Source: Dyella sp. (GTDB taxonomy: Bacteria > Pseudomonadota > Gammaproteobacteria > Xanthomonadales > Rhodanobacteraceae). From it: a stretch of DNA of 64,000 bases. Numbering within the stretch: position 1 is the first letter of the stretch; every line of letters starts with the position of its first letter. The notes beneath the pieces were generated by a model, which was not told where the DNA came from, did no database searches, and saw only the letters and a program-made list of their open reading frames with translations. The stretch lies in the NCBI RefSeq assembly GCF_035685885.1, contig NZ_DASRZX010000007.1, forward strand, positions 2,085 to 66,084. The letters run 5' to 3'. Of this stretch, positions 1-8,023 are shown piece after piece. A program made the position numbers and the translations under genes.

Positions 1-1
1 T

Positions 2-511
2 CTCACCCAGGCTCGCTTGTGCCTTGGACAGCGACAACCGCGCAGGCATGTGCGCGGGATCGATTTCCAGTGCGTGCTGCAAGGCGGCAACGGCCTCGCC
101 GGTATGCGTCACCCTCGCCAGGGCTTCGCCGAAATTGAACCAGGCCGGGGCGGAATCAGGTTGCAGTTCGCACGCGCGACGCATATGCGTGAGGGCCTGC
201 TCGATACTGCCGCGCTCGAACAGCGCAATGCCGATACAGACATGCAGGTCCGAGTCGTCGGGCCACACGGCGAGCACGCGCTGGAAGCAGTCGATGGCCT
301 GCACGTGATTGCCGCGACGCTGGGCCACCATGCCGAGCATCCGCATGGCGGCGGGCTCGCCGGGCGCCAGCGCGAGCACGCCGGTCAAGGATCGTTCCGC
401 CGCCTCGAAGTCATGGCGTGCCCATTCCTCGCGTGCTTTCGCCAGCATGCGCTCGGCGGTTCCTGAAAGCGGTTGCCGTGGCGTGCCCTGCGCTGGCCGA
501 ATTTCTGTCAT
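2..511 (-). CDS. TPR-repeat protein, N-terminal part; runs off the window start
   Basis: Translated by hand (not in ORF track): MTEIRPAQ...AMRMLGMVAQRRGNHVQAIDCFQRVLAVWPD...AWFNFGEALARVTHTGEAVAALQHALEIDP. Shows repeated TPR A/G/L/P periodicity. No stop before base 1. Confidence 0.8.
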   Translation of the reverse strand, partial: MTEIRPAQGTPRQPLSGTAERMLAKAREEWARHDFEAAERSLTGVLALAPGEPAAMRMLGMVAQRRGNHVQAIDCFQRVLAVWPDDSDLHVCIGIALFERGSIEQALTHMRRACELQPDSAPAWFNFGEALARVTHTGEAVAALQHALEIDPAHMPARLSLSKAQASLGE

Positions 512-566
512 GTCGTCACCGGCGATGGTGGAGTCAGCAGACTATACAAAGGCATGCATGGGCTGC

Positions 567-593
567 AAAAAAAACGCCGGGCAGAGCCCGGCG
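567..593 (-). terminator. Rho-independent terminator after the Oar-type TBDR
   Basis: Minus strand: cgccgggc-tct-gcccggcg stem followed by 8 T. Confidence 0.85.
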
Positions 594-619
594 CGGGGAG
601 AGGAACGTCTGCAGGTTAC

Positions 620-3600
620 TCAGAAATCGTAGGCGACCGAGAATCTCACGTAGCGCGGCGAGAGCGTGTCCTGCACCCGGCCGAAGTCGGGATTGGGACT
701 GGAGGTGGTGCCGTAGAAGTCGTTGTAGAACACGGGTGTCTGCTGGTCGAGCAGGTTGAACACGGCCAGGTTGAAATCGAGCTTGTGATCGGCCCAGCCC
801 GGCTTGTAGTCCACGTTGAGACCAACCTGATGCGTCCACGGCAGGCGACCCAGCGAACCCGGCGGGACGGGCTCGCCGCCACACCAGTAGTAGGTGTGCG
901 AACCATGCAGCGCCAGCTGGTTCGGCCCGTAACCGCCGCGGCAGAGCACGGGCGTGCCGGAGGCGATGTAGAGGTTGGCACCGAGCGTCCAGTCTGGAGC
1001 CACCTGATACGCGCCGAAGAGCTTGATCTGGTGCCTGCGATCGTTGGGCAACACGCCGGAGGAATACTCCATGCGCTCCGGGAAGTCCCAACCCGTGGTA
1101 AGCGATTCGTAGGAACCGCCCTGCTGGGAATACGTGCTTACCGGGCCTTCGTCATTGCCCCAGGTGCGCGAGAACACGTAGTCGAGCTTGGCGAACCATT
1201 TGCCGTCCCATGCGTGCTCCAGCGAGAGGTCCAGCGAGTAGTAGCGGCGCGTCGGTCCCTTCGGGAAACCCTGGTCCTTGGCGGACAGCGTCACTGGCAC
1301 CAGGGCACCGCTGGGTGATTGCATCCACAGGTTGCTGGTTTCGCCGGGATTGATCAGCACGAGACTCTGCGCCCACTGGCTGCAGGTATCGGCCGTCATG
1401 TACGCATAGCCTTGCGCACGTCCGGCCGCGCATTCGATCTGGATATCGTCGAAGTCGTCGATGATGCGGTTCATGCGCTGATAGGTACCGGTCGCGCCGA
1501 ACACCCACTGCGTTCCCAGCATCTGGAACTGCTGCTGCATGCCCAGCACGTAGTTGTCCGAGTACTCCGCCTTGATGTTGCGCGATGCGGAAACGCGAGG
1601 ATCCTTCGGCTGGCCATACTCGCTGTCGATCGACACGCCCGTCGATGGATTCTGCGGCAGCGGCGTGAACCCGATGGGCGCGCCCGTGGTCGGGTCGATG
1701 CCGGTGTAGGTGCCATAGATGCCCGCGTTGGTCACCGGCGCGGCGATGGACAAGGCGACCTGCTCCGGCAGTGCCAGGTAATAGCGGCCGGCGTTGCCGA
1801 ACACCTTCAGAGAGGAGTCGCCATGCACGTCCCAGCTGAAGCCCAGGCGCGGCGCCCATTGCGGCGTGGTCAGGCGGATATAGGGCACGCCCGAGGCGTC
1901 GTAGTTGGTGAACTGGTCATTGCGCAAACCCAGGTTCAACAGGAAGGTCGGCGTGACCTGCCAGTTGTCCATCACGTACTGGGCGCGTTGCTGGACGCGC
2001 ACGGAAGCCACGCTGATGTCGGTGTGCTTTTGCACGAAGTAGCAGCGGACGGTTCCGGTGGAATCGGGATGGCACTGGGTCGACGGCGCGACGTAAGGCG
2101 GCACGTTGGGGTCCACACCGAACACCGGCGAGCCAGGATCGCTCTGGCCGTAGATCCATTGATATCCCGGACCCGGGTTCACCGAGCCATCGTTCAAGTC
2201 TTCGGAGTTGATGTTGTCGATGCCGACCTGGAAGTCGTGGTCACCCAGCTTGTAGTCCAGATTCAGGCGATAGTTCGTCACCGATTCCTTGTGCCGGGAA
2301 TCGGTAATCGACGAGTTGATCTGCGAGTTCGAAATACCGCCCGGCGGCACGAACGCCGGATCCTGCACCGAGCTGCTGGCGATGTGCGGCAACAGCGGGT
2401 CATAGCCCGGATACCCCGGCTGCGCCGTGTAGTACGAGCCGTGCATCTTGCCGGCCATCGCATTCAAGGTCAGGTTGTCGGTGATGTAGGACGTGTAGTT
2501 GGCCGACCACACCTTGAAGGTGGTCCGGTTGATCTGGTCAAGACTGTTGAAGTCACCCGTCTTGAGGGTGTCGTAGTCAAAGTCGTAGATGGTGCCAGCG
2601 GTCTTGTGCGAGTTCTGCACGTAGCTCGCGCTCAGCACGTTGCTGTCGTTGATGTTCCAGTTGAACTTGGTATAGAACTTCGGGTCGTGCACCTTGAACG
2701 TTTCTTGCGTGCCGGTGCTGCTGAACTCCGAGGTGCTCCGGTAGTGGGAGTCGTCCTGCTCCAGGCCGATGTAGAAGAACAGCTTGTCCTTGATCAGCGG
2801 ACCGCTGACGTAGGCGTCGTAGATCGTTTCGCTGCTGCTGTTGTTCTTGCGATAGACGGCGAGGTCGCCGGGGCGGTTGCCTTCACTGGTCACCAGCGGA
2901 TTGGCGTAATAGTAGTTGTCCGGATCATCGCGCAGGCTGCCCGGCTGCCACAGGGCGCGCGCACCGAAGTGCCATTCGTTGTCGCCGCTCTTGCCGATCT
3001 GGTTGATCACGCCGCCGATGGAGCGGCCATAGCGGGCGTCGTAACCGCTGGTGAAGGTCTGCTGCTGCTCGATGGCGCCATAGGGAAGCGAGATGCCGCC
3101 CTGGTTGTTGAGCAGCTCGGTGGTGTTCATGCCATCGAGGTAGTACGCGTTCTCCGCCGTCGATGCGCCACCGAACACCAGGTTGGGCGTACCCAGCGGG
3201 CCGGTGCCGATCTCGGGCGAACCCAGGTTGACGCCCGGCGCCAGCAGGGCAATGTCCTCGGCGGTGCGCTGTATGGGCAATTGCTGCAACTGCTTGGCGG
3301 TGATCGTGGTCACCTGGTTGGTGGTGCTCACGTCGATGGGCGGCAGCGAGTTGCCGGTGACGTTGATCGTGCCGAGCGTCCTGGCATTCGCATTCGCGCC
3401 AGCGGTCGGGACGGCGAAGTCCACGGCCACGGCGCCTGCGGCCACCGGGCTCACGCCGCTGCGCGTATCCACGACCTTGCCGTCCTGCAGCAGTGAAACG
3501 GTGTAGGTGCCTACCGGCAGCGTGACCGAATACTTGCCGGACGTCCCTACATCGACGGTGCGGTTGAAGCCCGAGCCGCCGGTGATCTGGACCGACTCGC

Positions 3601-3757
3601 CCGCCACCGCGGGTACCGTGCCGTAGATGGTGCCGCTGGTCGCCTGTCCCCATGCATTGCCGGCGAAGCCCAGGACGATCGAGCTGATGGCAAGCGGCAA
3701 CGCCTTGCACTTGAGGACATGCTGGGGACGCAACGCGCGCAAAGATTTGCCCTTCAT
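620..3757 (-). CDS. Oar/OmpA-like TonB-dependent receptor with N-terminal carboxypeptidase-regulatory-like domain
   Basis: Signal peptide, QATSGTIYGTV N-domain, plug motifs (ENAYYLDG; YDARYGRSIGGVINQIGKSG), APRLGFSWD, C-terminal aromatic YDF. ATG at 3757 has GGAG upstream; the ORF track start (GTG 3769) is an alternative. Confidence 0.9.
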   Translation of the reverse strand: MKGKSLRALRPQHVLKCKALPLAISSIVLGFAGNAWGQATSGTIYGTVPAVAGESVQITGGSGFNRTVDVGTSGKYSVTLPVGTYTVSLLQDGKVVDTRSGVSPVAAGAVAVDFAVPTAGANANARTLGTINVTGNSLPPIDVSTTNQVTTITAKQLQQLPIQRTAEDIALLAPGVNLGSPEIGTGPLGTPNLVFGGASTAENAYYLDGMNTTELLNNQGGISLPYGAIEQQQTFTSGYDARYGRSIGGVINQIGKSGDNEWHFGARALWQPGSLRDDPDNYYYANPLVTSEGNRPGDLAVYRKNNSSSETIYDAYVSGPLIKDKLFFYIGLEQDDSHYRSTSEFSSTGTQETFKVHDPKFYTKFNWNINDSNVLSASYVQNSHKTAGTIYDFDYDTLKTGDFNSLDQINRTTFKVWSANYTSYITDNLTLNAMAGKMHGSYYTAQPGYPGYDPLLPHIASSSVQDPAFVPPGGISNSQINSSITDSRHKESVTNYRLNLDYKLGDHDFQVGIDNINSEDLNDGSVNPGPGYQWIYGQSDPGSPVFGVDPNVPPYVAPSTQCHPDSTGTVRCYFVQKHTDISVASVRVQQRAQYVMDNWQVTPTFLLNLGLRNDQFTNYDASGVPYIRLTTPQWAPRLGFSWDVHGDSSLKVFGNAGRYYLALPEQVALSIAAPVTNAGIYGTYTGIDPTTGAPIGFTPLPQNPSTGVSIDSEYGQPKDPRVSASRNIKAEYSDNYVLGMQQQFQMLGTQWVFGATGTYQRMNRIIDDFDDIQIECAAGRAQGYAYMTADTCSQWAQSLVLINPGETSNLWMQSPSGALVPVTLSAKDQGFPKGPTRRYYSLDLSLEHAWDGKWFAKLDYVFSRTWGNDEGPVSTYSQQGGSYESLTTGWDFPERMEYSSGVLPNDRRHQIKLFGAYQVAPDWTLGANLYIASGTPVLCRGGYGPNQLALHGSHTYYWCGGEPVPPGSLGRLPWTHQVGLNVDYKPGWADHKLDFNLAVFNLLDQQTPVFYNDFYGTTSSPNPDFGRVQDTLSPRYVRFSVAYDF

Positions 3758-4036
3758 GACGATGTGCACTCCACTCTGTTGAAACGCCGGGTACTGCGCC
3801 TTCGTGACTGGTGGCAGCCCTGTTGCATCATCGCCACGTGGGCGCAGGCAACACGACGTCCAGACAACAGGTCATGCAAACCCGACATGGGCCTGCTGAC
3901 CGAACAAGGGCATGGCTTGGCAGAGTGCGGCGACAGCGCGGCACGACATGACGGCGCGAATCCATCGCGAGGACGGACCTGCGCCGGGTGACGATGCGCT
4001 ACGAACGGCTCTCCCCAACCAGCTCATAAGTGCGCG

Positions 4037-4107
4037 TTCGAGCGTAGTCTTCGTCAGGCGCGAGCCGCCAATGAAAAAACATCGGCTCACCATAACTGGG
4101 GGTTATG
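4037..4107 (-). promoter_or_regulatory. LysR-type activated promoter module, copy 2 (upstream of the TBDR)
   Basis: Perfect palindrome CATAAC-N5-GTTATG (4091-4107, T-N11-A), CGCCAATGAAAA (4066-4077) and minus-strand -10 TACGCT (4041-4046). Spacing is identical to the copy at 6844-6914. Confidence 0.75.
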
Positions 4108-4315
4108 GGATGCGACGCGGGATGGCCCGAATGACACTTGGAGTACTTTTCCTCTTGTTGTAGCGCCGCAAAACCTGCACGCCAAAACAGCGCGTTGCGT
4201 TCGGCAACGCTCGGAACCAGCGAGGAAACATCACGTATCCAAGCGTCGCGGTGCATGTGCGCACGGCGCGTCGTGCGTGCCTGCATACGCGACACGAGCG
4301 CCCGTCTACCGCTGG

Positions 4316-5521
4316 CTATTTCCAGATGTTGACGAACACCGTGATGATGACGGCGTTGGTGAAGTCGATGAGGAAAGCACCGACCACAGGCGCTACCAGG
4401 AAGGCGCGCGGCGCGGGACCAAAACGTTCGGTAAGCGAACTCATGCACGCCATGGCGTTCGCCGTCGTGCCGAGCATGAAGCCGGTGAAGCCGCTGGCCA
4501 TGACGGCAGCATCGTAGTCGCGCCCCATCAGTTGCAGCAGCGGCCAGCAGCACACGGCCAGCACCAGCACGGTCTGCAGCGCGAGGTTGAGCAGCAGCAG
4601 CAAGGCGAGGCCCGACAGGTCCCACAGATGCAGGTCCATGAGGGCCATGACCAGGAACAGCGAGAGGCTGATGTGACCGATCAGCTCCATGCTGCATGTC
4701 GACAAGCCGAACCAGCCGCGGCGATCGTCGATGTTGCGGATGACGGCGCCGGCCAGCATCGCGCCGATGTACGCCGGCAAGGTCAGGCCAAGCATGCCCA
4801 GCCCCGTGCTGATCCATGCACCGATGCCCATGGCAATCAGCATGAACACCACGCTCTTGAGCGCCGCGTAGGCCGGGTCGACCAGGCGACTCTTCGCCGA
4901 CAACGCGGCCGACGGCTCCTCCACGCCTGTGTCGGCGTTTGCAGCCACGGCGGGATACAGCCCCAGCCGCTCGATGAGCATGGCGCCCAACGGCGAGCCC
5001 AGGATGGAACCGCACACGATGCCGGCCATCGCATTGGCCAAGGCCACGCTCTTGGCGCCCTGCACGCCGGCGCTGGCGAACAGCGGCGCGAAGGCCAGCC
5101 CGGTGGCAGGGCCGCCCGCCAGCGTGGCCGATCCGGTAATCACGCCGAACAGCGGCGGCAGACCGAACGCCTTGGCCATGCCGACGCCCAGCAGGTTCTG
5201 CACCACCGCCAGGCCGCTGGCCAGTCCCAGGAACAACAGGATCTGGCGACCGCCGACCTTCAGCAGCGTGGTGCTGGCGTTGAAGCCGATGCCGGTGAAG
5301 AACGCGATCATCAGCGGCTGCTCGAAACCGGTGTCGAAGCGGACAGGCGTGATGCTCCAGTGCCTGCAGGCCAGCATCAGCAACGCCACCAGCAAGCCGC
5401 CGATGACCGGCGCAGGGATGCTGAAGCGCGCGAGCAGCGGCACGCGTCGCCGGATGGCATAGCCGACGAGCAGCAGCACGCCACCGCAGGCCAGGGTCTG
5501 TATCGAATCGAGTGTCAGCAC
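4316..5521 (-). CDS. gltS: Sodium/glutamate symporter (GltS/ESS family)
   Basis: 401 aa polytopic membrane protein with IPAPVIGG, FFTGIG, LAGGPATG, GFMLGTTANAMA and FLVAPVVGAFLIDFTN motifs typical of GltS. Confidence 0.9.
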   Translation of the reverse strand: MLTLDSIQTLACGGVLLLVGYAIRRRVPLLARFSIPAPVIGGLLVALLMLACRHWSITPVRFDTGFEQPLMIAFFTGIGFNASTTLLKVGGRQILLFLGLASGLAVVQNLLGVGMAKAFGLPPLFGVITGSATLAGGPATGLAFAPLFASAGVQGAKSVALANAMAGIVCGSILGSPLGAMLIERLGLYPAVAANADTGVEEPSAALSAKSRLVDPAYAALKSVVFMLIAMGIGAWISTGLGMLGLTLPAYIGAMLAGAVIRNIDDRRGWFGLSTCSMELIGHISLSLFLVMALMDLHLWDLSGLALLLLLNLALQTVLVLAVCCWPLLQLMGRDYDAAVMASGFTGFMLGTTANAMACMSSLTERFGPAPRAFLVAPVVGAFLIDFTNAVIITVFVNIWK

Positions 5522-5686
5522 GCGCGCGTACCCAGGTCGACAGCGAGGAAGAGTCTATAGGCAACACTCATCAAGCAGCGCCGTCCTCACCTGCCAAATC
5601 CACTCGCACGGCACAGGCCCGCTGGCGCACGGGGGAAGCGGCCATGGATGGCCACGGTTTTGAGGAGCGAGGAAGGCAGGCCGTGC

Positions 5687-6730
5687 TCAATCCGCGAAGC
5701 AGGCGACGAGGTTGTCCGCGATCGATTCGACGCCCATCGTCACCGGGTCCAGGCAAGGCAGCCCGAACAACGCGCTGACACGCTCGCAGGTGGCGATGGC
5801 TTCCTGCGCGGGCAGGCGCGAAGTGTTGAGCGCGATGCCGACGGGTTTCACCGCGGGGTTGGTCAGGCGTGCGGCGGCGAGGTTGGCCTCCATGCAAGCC
5901 ATCAGTTCCGGTATCGGATAATCCCGCAGCCCACGCATGTGACGCCGCGTCGGCTCGTGGCAAAGCACCAGGGCATCGGGCTGCGATCCATGCAGCAAGC
6001 CCAGCGACACGCCCGCGTAGGACGGGTGGAACAGCGAACCCTGGCCCTCGATGAGATCCCAGCCGTCATCGGCACGCGCAGGCGAGATCGACTCGGCGGC
6101 GCCGGAAATGAAATCCGCGATCACTGCGTCGACGGGAATGCCCGCGCCGGCGATGAGGATGCCGGTTTGCCCCGTGGCCCGGAAATCCGCCGGAAGCCCG
6201 CGCCGACGCAGCGACTGCTCCAGCGCCAGGGCGGTGTACATCTTGCCCACCGAGCAGTCCGTACCCACCGTCAGCAGGCGGCGTCCCAGGCGGCGCGCAC
6301 CGGTGCCGACCGGAATGCCCGGCCGGGGGGCACGCGCATCGAACAGCGCACGTCCGTTCCGGCGCGCGGCTTCCACGATCTCCGGTTGATCGCGCAGTTT
6401 CTGGTGCAAACCCGATACGACGTGGAGACCGGCGTCCAGCGCCGCGATGGCGTCGGCAATCATGGCGTCATTCATCACGCCGCCCGCGTTCGCCACGCCG
6501 ATGACCATGGTGCTCGCGCCCGCGGCCTTGGCCCGGACGATGTCCATGTCAGGCAGATCCAGCGTCACCGCGCAATCGTCGCGACGGTGCTGGCCCAGGC
6601 ACCAGTGCGGGCGCCAATACGCCAGCCCCCGGGCCGTCTTGATCGCCAGGTCATCGTTGGCACTGCCCAGGTACAACAGGTACGGCGGCCCCCACTGGGC
6701 GGACGCGGCCTCTTCGCCTTGGTCCGACAT
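5687..6730 (-). CDS. dgcN: DUF1611 protein, DgcN-like D-glutamate N-acetyltransferase
   Basis: GTDCSVGKM P-loop, ATGQTG, DFISGAAE, EGQGSLFHPSY and LGLLHGSQPDALVLCH motifs. True start is near 6730-6736 (GGAG RBS), not the ORF-track start at 7480. Confidence 0.8.
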   Translation of the reverse strand: MSDQGEEAASAQWGPPYLLYLGSANDDLAIKTARGLAYWRPHWCLGQHRRDDCAVTLDLPDMDIVRAKAAGASTMVIGVANAGGVMNDAMIADAIAALDAGLHVVSGLHQKLRDQPEIVEAARRNGRALFDARAPRPGIPVGTGARRLGRRLLTVGTDCSVGKMYTALALEQSLRRRGLPADFRATGQTGILIAGAGIPVDAVIADFISGAAESISPARADDGWDLIEGQGSLFHPSYAGVSLGLLHGSQPDALVLCHEPTRRHMRGLRDYPIPELMACMEANLAAARLTNPAVKPVGIALNTSRLPAQEAIATCERVSALFGLPCLDPVTMGVESIADNLVACFAD

Positions 6731-6843
6731 CGGCAATGCTCCCTGTTTGCGGATGGTCTCGCGCGCGTCGTGGATTGCGACTGCGTGGTTGCCGCACGGG
6801 CGGCCTTGTCGTGCACGGGCGCCGGCAGGTCCCTGCCCACGCC

Positions 6844-6914
6844 ATCGAGCATAGTCATCGGCCGATCCGCGTCGCCAATGAAAAGTTGAACACGAGGCAT
6901 AACCGTTGGTTGTG
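6844..6914 (-). promoter_or_regulatory. LysR-type activated promoter module, copy 1 (dgcN/LysR divergent region)
   Basis: CATAAC-N5-GTTGTG (6898-6914), CGCCAATGAAAA (6873-6884) and minus-strand -10 TATGCT (6848-6853). The palindrome centre lies about 65 bp upstream of the inferred start site, the usual LTTR position. Confidence 0.75.
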
Positions 6915-7021
6915 GATGCCGTACGATCTGGACACGGGCACGCCGGCGGTTTCGCGGCATTTGTTCGGACAAACCACTGGATGCCGGCCATGGCCGCATC
7001 GAACCGGATGGGGAACGGCCT

Positions 7022-7921
7022 ATGCGTCTCCGTTACATCGAGCTGTTCCACGCTGTCCTGAGCACGGGCAGCCTGACCGGCGCGGCGAATCTGCTGAACG
7101 TCTCGCAGCCTGCCGCGAGCAAGGCGCTGCAGCAGGCGGAAAGCCACCTGGGCTTTCCGCTGTTCAGCCGCGTGCGCGGCAGGCTGCAACCGACGCAGCA
7201 GGCCTTGCTGATGCGCCATCACATCGACCGTGTCATGCGCGACCTGTACGACCTGCGGCGCCTGGCGTTGAACATCACCCGCCCGGAGAGCCATCCGCTG
7301 AGGGTCACCTGCACACCCGCCCTCGCGCAGGTGCTGGTGCCCGACGCAATCGCCCAGGTGGGAAAGGCTTACCCGGAGACGACCGTCGAGCTGTTTACGC
7401 AGCACTCGGCGGTGATGTGCGAGTCGCTGATGCTGCGCGAGGCGGACATCGGCCTCACCCTGCAGGACATCAGCCATCACGGCCTGAAGCAGGAGCCGCT
7501 ATGCCGCGGCAACATCATGGTGATCGCGCCACCGGGCTGGTGGCCAAAACGCGAACTGGACCGGCCACTGCCGATCAAGGCGCTGGCCGACCAGCCGATG
7601 ATCGGCATCACCGTGCAGGATGCGCTGGGCGCGATGCTGCAGAACCACCTGGCCAAGGTCGAGCCTGCGCCGCGGACCAGCGTGTGGGTGCAGACGTATC
7701 AGCTGGCGTGCTCCCTGGTTGCACGCGGCGGCGGACTCGCCCTGGTCGACCCATTCACCGCGCAGTGCAGCAGGGAGCCGGTACAGAAGCGCGCGTTGAA
7801 GCTGCAGATGGATGTCGTCCTGTACGCCGTCTATCGACCCGACAGTCCGCTCAACAGCGTGCAGACGCGTTTCCTTGACTACGTGCGCGAGCTTGCCAGG
7901 AAGATCTTGTCGAACGATTGA
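7022..7921 (+). CDS. LysR-family transcriptional regulator (DgcR-like by context)
   Basis: 299 aa; N-terminal HTH (GSLTGAANLLNVSQPAASKALQQAE...LGFPLFSR); divergent from dgcN. Confidence 0.92.
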   Translation: MRLRYIELFHAVLSTGSLTGAANLLNVSQPAASKALQQAESHLGFPLFSRVRGRLQPTQQALLMRHHIDRVMRDLYDLRRLALNITRPESHPLRVTCTPALAQVLVPDAIAQVGKAYPETTVELFTQHSAVMCESLMLREADIGLTLQDISHHGLKQEPLCRGNIMVIAPPGWWPKRELDRPLPIKALADQPMIGITVQDALGAMLQNHLAKVEPAPRTSVWVQTYQLACSLVARGGGLALVDPFTAQCSREPVQKRALKLQMDVVLYAVYRPDSPLNSVQTRFLDYVRELARKILSND

Positions 7922-7973
7922 GATCGACCATCGGTTGTCTACCGCGCGCGTCACTGCCCATCGCATGGCCGCG

Positions 7974-8007
7974 AAAAAAGGGCCGGCAATGCCGGCCCTC
8001 TTTCTTT
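7974..8007. terminator. Bidirectional terminator between the LysR gene and dcp
   Basis: aaaaa-agggccggc-aat-gccggccct-ctttcttt. Confidence 0.8.
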
Positions 8008-8023
8008 GACGCCTGTCGAAGGC

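Noticed and set aside
3990-4025. GGAGAG-containing segment resembling a glycine riboswitch
   Set aside because: The CCGAAG and CUCUCAGG elements are absent.
5687-7480. 597-aa ORF suggesting a fusion upstream of DUF1611
   Set aside because: The extension is antisense to the LysR gene and crosses the promoter module; the real start is near 6730-6736.
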